Origin: Nitrospirota bacterium
Lineage (GTDB): Bacteria; Nitrospirota; UBA9217
DNA: 64,000 nucleotides
Reading direction: 5' to 3'
Assembly: GCA_963663225.1 (NCBI GenBank)
Contig: OY760142.1
Span: 2,176,001 to 2,240,000, forward strand
In this document: in pieces, positions 17,293 through 25,656 of the stretch
How the letters are laid out: each line of letters starts with the position of its first letter
Position numbering within the stretch: the first letter of the stretch is position 1
Position numbers and translations under genes: made by a program
Notes under the pieces: generated by a model
What the model saw: the letters and a program-made list of their open reading frames with translations, nothing else
Databases searched by the model: none
Told to the model about the DNA's origin: nothing

Positions 17293-19209
17293 ATGAAAAA
17301 TAAAATTTGTTTTGTCGCCTGCTATCCGGAACTTGCCGCGCTGGCCAATGAAGTCAAGAAGGAGCAAAGCCTTCCTTTTGACGTTGTGGTCGGAAATCTG
17401 GAGGAAGGGGTCCGGCAGGCGCTGGAAGCCGAGAAAAAAGGCGCCCAGGTTATTATCAGCCGGGGAGGGACGGCCTCCCTGATCCAGCAGCACGTAAAAG
17501 TTGCGGTGATGGAAATTCCGGTCACTGGCTATGATATCCTGCGTGTTATTTATCCTCTGTCCGGCCAGAACAGGACCGTGGCAATCCTCGGGTATCAAAA
17601 TGTCGTGCTCGGCTGCCGCACGGCGGCCAAGATTCTCGGCATCCCCATACGGGAAGAGATCATCCTCGGTTTGAACGGACCCGTGACCGACTGGAAGGAT
17701 GTACGCGCACAGGTCGAGCGCATGATCAAGGAAGACGGCGTGAACACGATCATCGGCGACATCAACGTGCAGACGAAACTTGACTTTCCGGGCATAGATA
17801 TGCGGGTGATCGTGTCCGGTAGGGAATCCATCATCCCGGCGGTGGAAGAGGCGGCGCGCATCGTTAAAGTGCGTGAGGAGGAGCAGAAGGCTGCCCAACG
17901 GCTGCAGGCCATCCTTAATTTTGTACACGACGGTATTATCGCTACCGATGAGCACGGCAACATCACCGTTTTGAACCCGGCCGCCAAAAAGACCTTCGAT
18001 ATACGGCAGAACCAGGTCATCGGACGCCATATCACATCCCTGATCAAGAATACGCGCATTGACGAGGTCTTGAAATCCGGAAAAGCCGAAGTCGGCCAGA
18101 TGCAGAAGGCGGCGAGCGGCCATATTCTCACCAATCGGATCCCCATTCACGTCGATGGAGAAGTGAAAGGCGTCGTGGCAACGTTCCAGGAAGCGACGCA
18201 GATTCAGGACGCGGAACGGACAATCCGTCAGACCCTGTATGGAAAAGGCCTTGTGGCCACCTACACTTTTGATGATATTCTGACAGTCGATCCCCATATG
18301 AAACGGCTTGTCGAAATCGCAAAGGGATATTCTGAAACCGGAGCCACGGTGCTCATCCAGGGAGAGAGCGGGACCGGCAAGGAACTATTTGCGCAAAGTA
18401 TTCATACCCAGAGCCCCCGCTCGCGCGGCCCCTTCGTAGCGGTCAATTGCGCGGCGTTGCCGCATCATCTTCTGGAAAGCGAGTTGTTCGGATATGTGGA
18501 AGGTGCGTTCACCGGGGCGAAAAAAGTCGGCAAAATCGGTCTGTTTGAACTGGCGCATACGGGAACGATCTTTCTGGACGAAATAGGCGACATGGACAAG
18601 GTTCTGCAATCCCGGTTGCTTCGGGTTCTCGCTGAGCGCCAGGTCATGCGTCTCGGCTCCGACGCGCTTATCCCGGTTGATATCCGGGTCATCGCGGCCA
18701 CCAACACCGATCTCAGAAAGCAGGTGCAGTCCGGCCAGTTCCGCAAGGACCTCTATTACCGGCTGAATGTGCTGAATCTTTCGATTATCCCTCTCCGGGA
18801 GCGGCATAATGATATTCCTCTACTCGCGGCCCATTTTTTTGAGCGATTCAACCATGAACACAAACGGAATATTAAAAAGCTGCCGGTCGAGGTCATGCGT
18901 ATGTTCGGCAACTATGCATGGCCCGGCAATGTCCGAGAACTCGAAAATGTCATGGAGCGCATTGTGCTTTCGGCAGAGAAAAAGGCCATCCATCTCCCGA
19001 CCGTACGCCTGATCGTCGATGAACTTCTTGCTGCGCATGCAGATGAAGCCGGTGGCTTAAACCAGGATAAAGATTTGTTCTCGGGTTCATTTCAGGACAT
19101 AAAACGGCGCATTATCACGCACGTATTGAAAGAAGAAAACTGGAACAAGAGTAAAACTGCGAGAAGATTGGGGGTTGACAGGACCACGGTCGATCGCTTC
19201 TGCGAATAG
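17293..19209 (+). CDS. PrpR-like sigma54-dependent activator (PrpR_N-PAS-AAA-HTH)
   Basis: IISRGGTA, PAS segment, GESGTGKE, ESELFGYVEGAFTGA, FLDEIG, WPGNVREL, Fis-type HTH. Confidence 0.92.
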   Translation: MKNKICFVACYPELAALANEVKKEQSLPFDVVVGNLEEGVRQALEAEKKGAQVIISRGGTASLIQQHVKVAVMEIPVTGYDILRVIYPLSGQNRTVAILGYQNVVLGCRTAAKILGIPIREEIILGLNGPVTDWKDVRAQVERMIKEDGVNTIIGDINVQTKLDFPGIDMRVIVSGRESIIPAVEEAARIVKVREEEQKAAQRLQAILNFVHDGIIATDEHGNITVLNPAAKKTFDIRQNQVIGRHITSLIKNTRIDEVLKSGKAEVGQMQKAASGHILTNRIPIHVDGEVKGVVATFQEATQIQDAERTIRQTLYGKGLVATYTFDDILTVDPHMKRLVEIAKGYSETGATVLIQGESGTGKELFAQSIHTQSPRSRGPFVAVNCAALPHHLLESELFGYVEGAFTGAKKVGKIGLFELAHTGTIFLDEIGDMDKVLQSRLLRVLAERQVMRLGSDALIPVDIRVIAATNTDLRKQVQSGQFRKDLYYRLNVLNLSIIPLRERHNDIPLLAAHFFERFNHEHKRNIKKLPVEVMRMFGNYAWPGNVRELENVMERIVLSAEKKAIHLPTVRLIVDELLAAHADEAGGLNQDKDLFSGSFQDIKRRIITHVLKEENWNKSKTARRLGVDRTTVDRFCE

Positions 19210-19229
19210 CTTTCTATTAAGATGTTAAC

Positions 19230-19246
19230 TGTTGTAAAAAACAGCA
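19230..19246. promoter_or_regulatory. Candidate enhancer (UAS) for the sigma54 activator
   Basis: Imperfect palindrome TGTTGT-AAAAA-ACAGCA about 75 bp upstream of the -24/-12 site. Confidence 0.45.
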
Positions 19247-19248
19247 CT

Positions 19249-19290
19249 ACAAGCAGATAATATGCACATTATCTGCTTGTTTTTGTTTTT
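19249..19290 (+). terminator. Intrinsic terminator
   Basis: ACAAGCAGATAAT-atgcac-ATTATCTGCTTGT followed by TTTTGTTTTT. Confidence 0.75.
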
Positions 19291-19320
19291 ATAATGCGTA
19301 ACAGTATGAAAAATAAATAA

Positions 19321-19336
19321 TGGCATGCAATGTGCA
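19321..19336 (+). promoter_or_regulatory. Sigma54 -24/-12 promoter
   Basis: TGGCAT-GCAAT-GTGCA (GG-N10-GC), downstream of a sigma54 activator gene. Confidence 0.6.
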
Positions 19337-19823
19337 TAAAAGAAAATAAAAAATACTGCTATTAACCTCAGCTAGGACGGCTTTGTTGCACTGAAATGAA
19401 TAAACGAATATATAAAAAGCTTTGAAATTAAACTGATATTTTGCCGAATTCGTATGATACAATTAGAAAACAATATGCTATCGTTCTGTCTTCATCCATA
19501 GCTGTGTGCATCGTTTACGGAAATTTGAGCCTAACGGTTATAATGTGTTTGTTACAAAAGTCATACTCGTAATAGCTGTTGAAGGAATGATTCGGAAAAG
19601 GTGAATGCTTTTCCCTCCCTGTGGCGAGACCGCGATGTTATAAGCCGCACTTCGACCGATGTATTCAGTCTGACTGTCATAACAAGGCGATATTGACGGC
19701 GCAGCGCAAAGCAGGTGGGAAATAATAGCCGATACTGATGAGACTTTGAACAACATCTTTTCTATTCGCAAGTGTAAAAAGAAACGTCGGATGTAAAAAA
19801 TTATCGTTAGGGAGGATTCTGAA

Positions 19824-20603
19824 ATGCCGAAGTTTAATGCCAATCTTACAATGCTTTTCGCGGACGTGCCGTTCCTTGACCGCTTTCGTCTGGCGTCCCA
19901 GCATGGATTTAAGGGAGTTGAGTTTCTGTTCCCCTATGCATGGGAAAAAGACCAGCTGGTTGAACGGCTGAAAAGCAACAATCTTGTGCAGGTGTTGCAT
20001 AATATGCCTGCAGGCAACTGGGACGGTGGTGAACGCGGTATCGCCTGTATCCCCGGCAGGGAGTCCGAATTCGAAGCAGGTGTCGGCCGCGCAATTGAAT
20101 ACGCACAGGCTTTGGGTTGTACCCAATTGAACTGCCTTGCCGGAAAGACACCGCAGGGCGCCAAACCGGAAACCGTACGGAAGACGCTTGTGGACAATCT
20201 GCGTTTTGCCGCACAAGAGCTTGAGAAGCGTAATATCCGTCTCCTCGTGGAAATGTTGAATAATCGAGACATCCCCGGTTTTCATCTGGTCACGACCGCG
20301 GACGCACTCTCGCTGATCACTGATGTCAGCCACCCCAATATTTATATGCAGTACGACGTTTACCATATGCAGATCATGGAGGGAAACCTGACAACAACGA
20401 TACGCGAGAATCTGAAGCATATTGCCCATATCCAAATTGCGGATGTTCCGGGCCGTCATGAACCCGGTACCGGAGAAATCAATTATGCAAATCTCTTCCG
20501 GTTTATCGACGAAATGGGCTACAAGGGATGGATCGGTTGTGAATATGTCCCTGCGGGGAAAACAGCTGAAGGGTTGTCCTGGATGAACGCCTATCGCTCC
20601 TGA
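19824..20603 (+). CDS. hyi: Hydroxypyruvate isomerase
   Basis: MPKFNANLTMLF, VEFLFPY, GERGIACIPGRE, YDVYHMQIMEG, QIADVPGRHEPGTGEINY, GCEY. Confidence 0.93.
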   Translation: MPKFNANLTMLFADVPFLDRFRLASQHGFKGVEFLFPYAWEKDQLVERLKSNNLVQVLHNMPAGNWDGGERGIACIPGRESEFEAGVGRAIEYAQALGCTQLNCLAGKTPQGAKPETVRKTLVDNLRFAAQELEKRNIRLLVEMLNNRDIPGFHLVTTADALSLITDVSHPNIYMQYDVYHMQIMEGNLTTTIRENLKHIAHIQIADVPGRHEPGTGEINYANLFRFIDEMGYKGWIGCEYVPAGKTAEGLSWMNAYRS

Positions 20604-20723
20604 GTATGCACAAGGGGTCCGGAAGCGATCATTTCTCAGACTGAATTTTTTGTTCCGTGCGATGTGAATGCCGGATGCAGCAATAATGCTCAATTTTAAA
20701 GGTAATGATAAGGAGGAACTACT

Positions 20724-21617
20724 ATGGCAGTACTTGGATTTGTAGGGCTTGGTATTATGGGAAAACCGATGGCTGGTCATCTTTTGGCCGGAGGACATAC
20801 GGTCAATGTTTACAATATCGTTCCGGAGCCGATGCAGGAACTGGCAAAAAAAGGGGCGGTCGTGTGCAACTCCTGCAAGGAAGTCGCGGTAAAATCCGAT
20901 ATCATCATCACCATGGTTCCGGACACCCCTGATGTTGAAATTGTGCTTTTCGGCAAAGACGGTCTGGCTGAAGGTCTGAAGCAAGGGGCTATCGTCGTTG
21001 ACATGAGCTCGATTTCACCGATCGCGACAAAGGAGTTCGCCCAGCGCCTCGCCAAACAGGGGGTCAGCATGCTTGATGCCCCGGTTTCCGGCGGACAGGT
21101 CGGCGCGGAGCAGGCAACGCTTTCGATCATGGTGGGCGGCAGCAAAGATGTATTCGATAACGTGAAGCCGATTCTTGATCTTATGGGGAAAAAGATCACG
21201 CATGTGGGCGGCAATGGAGACGGCCAGACGTGCAAAGTGGCAAACCAGATAGTTGTTGCGGGCACGATCCAAACCATCAGCGAAGCGCTGCTTTTTGCTG
21301 CAAAAGCAGGGGCCGATCCGGCCAAAGTCCGCGAAGCGCTTCTCGGCGGATTTGCTCAGAGCCGTATTCTGGAACTGCACGGCGACCGCATGATCAAGCG
21401 GAACTTTCAGCCGGGATTCCGGATCAGACTGCAGCAGAAGGACCTGAACAACGCACTGCAGTCGGCACGCAGCCTGGGGCTTTCGCTTCCTGCGACTGCA
21501 ATCGCCCAGGAATTGTACAATTGCGTTTCCGCGCATGACGGGGTCGATCTCGACCATTCGGCGCTTGTGCTGGCGCTTGAGCAGCTTGCGAATTTTCAAG
21601 TTGCAAAGGAAAAATAA
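20724..21617 (+). CDS. glxR: 2-hydroxy-3-oxopropionate (tartronate semialdehyde) reductase
   Basis: GFVGLGIMGKPMA, MVPDTPDV, DAPVSGG, GDGQTCKVANQIVVA, GGFAQSRILELHG, FQPGFRI. Confidence 0.9.
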   Translation: MAVLGFVGLGIMGKPMAGHLLAGGHTVNVYNIVPEPMQELAKKGAVVCNSCKEVAVKSDIIITMVPDTPDVEIVLFGKDGLAEGLKQGAIVVDMSSISPIATKEFAQRLAKQGVSMLDAPVSGGQVGAEQATLSIMVGGSKDVFDNVKPILDLMGKKITHVGGNGDGQTCKVANQIVVAGTIQTISEALLFAAKAGADPAKVREALLGGFAQSRILELHGDRMIKRNFQPGFRIRLQQKDLNNALQSARSLGLSLPATAIAQELYNCVSAHDGVDLDHSALVLALEQLANFQVAKEK

Positions 21618-21743
21618 AAGCTGCCTACCCGTCGATACTGTTATGACAATAGAATGCTGGTGGAGGAGTTTTGCTGAGAATTGTTTTTCATCTTCCGGAG
21701 GTGGGCATATGCTCACCTCCTTTTTTTGTATGGCGGGAAAACG

Positions 21744-22430
21744 CTATCGGCCGGTAAGGTAAGAAAGCACCTGACCCATCAGAGCATTAACCCGATCATA
21801 CGCCGCATTGGCTACGCTACGCAATTCCTGCTCGGACTGCACGAAAGGACCGGGCAGGAGTTCCCCCTTGCAGTTATTCAGAATGTCTGCGGCGGTTTCC
21901 GGGGTCGTTTCAAGATGGAATTGTAGGCCAATAACGTGTTTCCCGATCTGAAACGCCTGGTTTTCGCAAACAGCACTCCTTGCAAGACGCACGGCACGAG
22001 GAGGTAGATCAAAGGTTTCGCCGTGCCAGTGAAACACCGTGCATTTTTTAGGAAACAGAAATGCTTCTCCTCCAGTAGTCACTGCCTCTATCGGGAACCA
22101 GCCTATTTCCTTTTGCGGATTCTGATACACGCGCGATCCGAGCGCGCTGGCGATAAGCTGCGCTCCGAGGCAGACACCGAGCAGTGGTATACCGTGTTTT
22201 ACCGCATCGCGCAAAAACTGCTTTTCAGGCCTGAGCCACGTCAGGATGGATTCATCATTAACGCTCATCGGACCGCCCATGGCGATGATGAGATCAAGGT
22301 TGTCCAACCGTGGGAGTGTTTGGCCATCAAAAAAACGGGTATATTGTATTTTTGCGCTTCGTGATTCCAGCCAGGGATCCATACTGCCGATGTCTTCAAA
22401 CGCAACGTGCTGCAAAACGTGCACGTTCAT
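21744..22430 (-). CDS. Class I glutamine amidotransferase-like protein
   Basis: QHVAFED, MGGPMSVND, GVCLGAQL, HWHGETFDLP, QFHLE. Confidence 0.9.
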   Translation of the reverse strand: MNVHVLQHVAFEDIGSMDPWLESRSAKIQYTRFFDGQTLPRLDNLDLIIAMGGPMSVNDESILTWLRPEKQFLRDAVKHGIPLLGVCLGAQLIASALGSRVYQNPQKEIGWFPIEAVTTGGEAFLFPKKCTVFHWHGETFDLPPRAVRLARSAVCENQAFQIGKHVIGLQFHLETTPETAADILNNCKGELLPGPFVQSEQELRSVANAAYDRVNALMGQVLSYLTGR

Positions 22431-22470
22431 ATAGTTCTCTCCATTTATGATGTCCCGCAGCCGGGACGGT

Positions 22471-22989
22471 TTACTGCTTTAAGAACAGTTCCATCCTGTC
22501 CGACCACACCGCGTATCCTTTGCTGCTCAAATGCGAACCGTCTTCCAGAAAATATTCAGAAATTGTTTTTCCCTGTTGGTCTACAAAAAGGCTGCAGACG
22601 TCAAGATACGCAGCGCCGTATTTCAGCGCACATTCACGAATCCGGAGATTGATGGCGTGAATGCGGTTATTGTCTATCCACGTCAGTGTGGTGGGCAGAA
22701 TGCTCTGCACGACTGTTTTTGAAGAGCGGAAACCCGCTGTAACGGCATGCACGGTTTCCTGATAGGTTCCGAGAAAATCATAGTGCCCTTCACCGATATT
22801 GTTGATGCCGGTCATGAGAAAAATATAATCGGGGATTTCTGATTCAGCCTGAACCCGGGGGATGCGCGCGAGCAGTGCCTCAACGCGTTCACTGGAGATG
22901 CCGAGGTTGGTTACGCGGTACTCCGGAAACCGTTTTTGCCAGTCAAATCGCTGGGTCAGAGAATCTCCTAACAAGAGAAGCCGTTTCAT
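22471..22989 (-). CDS. SGNH/GDSL hydrolase
   Basis: GDSLT, NLGISS, GINN, DGSH. Confidence 0.88.
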   Translation of the reverse strand: MKRLLLLGDSLTQRFDWQKRFPEYRVTNLGISSERVEALLARIPRVQAESEIPDYIFLMTGINNIGEGHYDFLGTYQETVHAVTAGFRSSKTVVQSILPTTLTWIDNNRIHAINLRIRECALKYGAAYLDVCSLFVDQQGKTISEYFLEDGSHLSSKGYAVWSDRMELFLKQ

Positions 22990-23020
22990 TTTTCTGCATC
23001 CGTTCTTTCTCTCATGTCCG

Positions 23021-23788
23021 TCAATCCTCTGCGGAATTTTGATTTTGATCGCCGTGCAAATATTTCTTTCTTTTGTTATGCCGGTATCGCAGCTGCAGCA
23101 GCTCTACGAAAAGAGCAAATCCCATGGGCAGATAAATATACGCTTTCGGAACGTGCTGATGCATGCCTTCCAGAAATATGGTGACTCCGATGGTGATCAG
23201 AAAGGAAAGGGCCAGTATTTTCAGCGAAGGACGCTGAAGGATAAAGTCTCCGATTGGTCTTGCGAATGCGAGAATGGCAAGAAAGGAGACAACGACGGCG
23301 GTGATGATTACCCATATTTCATCGGTCAGTCCTATTGCGGTAATGACTGAATCAATGGAAAAAACGATGTCCAGCAGGATGATCTGGACAATAACGCCGC
23401 GAAACTTTTTGGATCCGCTGACGATTCCGGATGGCTGACTATCCATTAACTCTATGGTATGGTGTATTTCCGTTACCGCCTTCCAGAGCAGAAACAATCC
23501 GCCCGACAGCAAAATAACATCGCGGACTGAAACGCTGGAAAAAAACGGTTGTGTCAGATTTGACAGGGTGAGCAGGATGAAGAGCAAGAGGATCCTTGCA
23601 AACAGGGCCATGGTGAGCCCGATGATTCTCGCCTTGCTCCTTTGTGATTCAGGCAACCTCCCCACAAAGATGGTGATGACGAGAATATTGTCTACCCCCA
23701 AAACCAGCTCCAGGCCGATGAGCAGAAATAATAACGCTAGTATGTCGGTCATATGGTCCAATATTTCGATCAGGCTGAAATCCTGCAC
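23021..23788 (-). CDS. TerC-family membrane protein
   Basis: LELVLGVDN, GGLFLLWKA..EI, QIILLDIVFSIDSVITAIG, LALSFLI.IG, PKAYIY..MGF; start may be 23752. Confidence 0.9.
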   Translation of the reverse strand: MQDFSLIEILDHMTDILALLFLLIGLELVLGVDNILVITIFVGRLPESQRSKARIIGLTMALFARILLLFILLTLSNLTQPFFSSVSVRDVILLSGGLFLLWKAVTEIHHTIELMDSQPSGIVSGSKKFRGVIVQIILLDIVFSIDSVITAIGLTDEIWVIITAVVVSFLAILAFARPIGDFILQRPSLKILALSFLITIGVTIFLEGMHQHVPKAYIYLPMGFALFVELLQLRYRHNKRKKYLHGDQNQNSAED

Positions 23789-23860
23789 ACGGTTCCGCCG
23801 TGCAGGACTGTGCTGTTTAACTGCACGGGAACAGGAACCGGTTCCCCTGAAAACCGTTTG

Positions 23861-24472
23861 CTAATGGATACTATGCTTTCTGGTTTGCGCAGAGGAAAGA
23901 AGATTCAAGCTCTTGCGAGCGCCGAGGAGCTGCTGGCGAATTGAGTCTACCTGGCGCGCCACATCTTTGAAGTTTTCCTCGTTTGCCGCGAGTGACACTT
24001 GGCCGGCACTCTCGATAAGGTCCGTCATCGCCTGCTGTACGACGTAGAGAGAGGGCGCATTTTCCACGGACGCCGCTCCGTCATTCCGGCGTGTGTCTGC
24101 AAATGCCATGATGAGCCCGTGCAGTCCTTGGGCCGTCTGGACGAGTGAACCGTAGCTCGTCAGCAGTTTCTGAAACACCTCTCGGCGGCGCCGCAGTTCA
24201 TCCGCCCGGTCTTTGATCGCCATGGCCTGGGCCTGCTGCGTGTTCACGATTGTTTTTACGGCTTCCATGAGGGCATTCACCAAAGGCTGAAGCCTCTGGT
24301 CCACCGTTCCGAGTTCCGATAACTTCCCCGCCGTAATCTCTAAATTGTGTTGTGAATCGAGAGGCAGCCGCTGCGCTTCAGTGGCAATGGATACAATCTG
24401 TCGAAGCTCATCCTCAAGCGCCAAGGCGGCCTGGACAAGGCCGCTTGTCGGTTTTAGCTCCTGATTTTTCAT
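23861..24472 (-). CDS. Hypothetical all-helical/coiled-coil protein
   Basis: 203-aa ORF; its ATG overlaps the upstream GDSL stop; GGAG RBS. Confidence 0.7.
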   Translation of the reverse strand: MKNQELKPTSGLVQAALALEDELRQIVSIATEAQRLPLDSQHNLEITAGKLSELGTVDQRLQPLVNALMEAVKTIVNTQQAQAMAIKDRADELRRRREVFQKLLTSYGSLVQTAQGLHGLIMAFADTRRNDGAASVENAPSLYVVQQAMTDLIESAGQVSLAANEENFKDVARQVDSIRQQLLGARKSLNLLSSAQTRKHSIH

Positions 24473-25008
24473 CGTGATGCTCCTGTTCGTAAAAAATGTT
24501 CCACTTCAATCGACCATGCTTCATATCCGCTGCTGCTTACATGGACTCCGTCTTCCTGCAGATATCGTTCGTTCGGAGCCCCCTTCGCGTCAACAAAGGC
24601 CTGATACACGTCAAGATATTCAGCACTGAACTCGCCGGCCATTTCGCGTATCCTGCGGTTGCAATCCTGTATCCGTTTGTTCTCTATCCATTCGAGCGTA
24701 GTCGGCAGGATGCTTTGCACAACCGTTTTTGCACTCTTATAGTGCGTGGTGAGATTCCGGATTATCTCCCTGTAGTCGTCAAAAAAGCGATAATCTCCTT
24801 CGCCGATGTTGTTGATGCCGGTCATAAGAAAGATGAAACCCGGATGAAGAACCTCGTCATAGATATCAGGCATCCGGGTCCGCAGTTCTTCAACCCGCTC
24901 TCCGGAAATGCCGAGATTAAGCACGTTGTATTCCGGGAAACGTCTGTCCCATCCGAACCACTGTGTCAGCGAGTCACCTATGAAGGCAAGCGTTTGCAAG
25001 ATATTCAT
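24469..25008 (-). CDS. SGNH/GDSL hydrolase (paralog of 22471-22989)
   Basis: GDSLT, NLGISG, GINN, DGVH; ATG 25008 lies downstream of the predicted promoter. Confidence 0.88.
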   Translation of the reverse strand: MNILQTLAFIGDSLTQWFGWDRRFPEYNVLNLGISGERVEELRTRMPDIYDEVLHPGFIFLMTGINNIGEGDYRFFDDYREIIRNLTTHYKSAKTVVQSILPTTLEWIENKRIQDCNRRIREMAGEFSAEYLDVYQAFVDAKGAPNERYLQEDGVHVSSSGYEAWSIEVEHFLRTGASR

Positions 25009-25040
25009 CCTTTCGTACCGGCAGGCGCACCGCAGTGTCA

Positions 25041-25069
25041 AGTGTATGCAAATAGAACTGAAGAGTCAA
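25041..25069 (-). promoter_or_regulatory. Sigma70 promoter for the GDSL-terC operon
   Basis: TTGACT-17 nt-TACACT. Confidence 0.6.
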
Positions 25070-25102
25070 GAAGATAAGATACCTTCGGTGCGTTTCCCCG
25101 TC

Positions 25103-25131
25103 TTGACAATTTCGCGTTTACAGGGTATTTT
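25103..25131 (+). promoter_or_regulatory. Sigma70 promoter for the repeat protein gene
   Basis: TTGACA-17 nt-TATTTT. Confidence 0.55.
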
Positions 25132-25160
25132 GTTGCGTACTGCAATATGAGGAGGGAAAT

Positions 25161-25502
25161 ATGAGTTTTCCGGGTTTTTTCCTGGGATTATTTTTTCTGG
25201 CTGTTCCTCTGGTAGCTTCTGCGGAGAGTGTCGGAGATAAAGCAAAACATGATGTCAATACCATTCATCAGAACCAGAAGCATGATATAAAGAAGGTGCA
25301 CCAGAACCAGAAAAACGACGTAAAAAAAGTCCATCAAAACCAGAAGCATGACGCCAAAAAGATTCATCAGAACCAGAAGCATGATATAAAAAAGGTGCAC
25401 CAGAACCAGAAAAATGACGTAAAAAAGATCCATCAAAACCAGAAACAAGATGCCGGGACGATTCATGAACAGCAGAAGCGCGATTTGAAAGCTTTAAATT
25501 AA
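25161..25502 (+). CDS. Secreted small protein made of 11-residue repeats K(H/N)DxKKxHQNQ
   Basis: GAGGAGG RBS; signal peptide ending ASA; seven 11-mers. Confidence 0.85.
   Translation: MSFPGFFLGLFFLAVPLVASAESVGDKAKHDVNTIHQNQKHDIKKVHQNQKNDVKKVHQNQKHDAKKIHQNQKHDIKKVHQNQKNDVKKIHQNQKQDAGTIHEQQKRDLKALN
25245..25475 (+). repeat. 33-bp coding tandem repeat (7 units) with a 99-bp higher-order period
   Basis: Units 2-4 are nearly duplicated as units 5-7 (AAGCATGATATAAARAAGGTGCACCAGAACCAGAAAAAYGACGTAAAAAA...). Confidence 0.9.
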
Positions 25503-25656
25503 GGAAGCACAAGCGCGATGATACACCGATCCGGCGCGGACATTTAAAAAAATCACCAGACAGCAGCGTCTGTCATGAATGCCGGTAGTTATCCCCTCCG
25601 TACGCAGCATATACTATTCTCAAATAGCGTTCACCGCACAGGGCGAGAGGTATACG

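Noticed and set aside
19677-20984. Long antisense ORFs (435 aa here; also 17170-18297, 61668-62441, 62773-63417 and others)
   Set aside because: Shadow frames opposite well-supported genes, with no motifs of their own.
23021-23788. Tellurite-resistance operon
   Set aside because: Single TerC-family gene with no terABDEZ.
25245-25475. CRISPR array
   Set aside because: Contiguous 33-bp in-frame coding repeats with no unique spacers; no cas genes.
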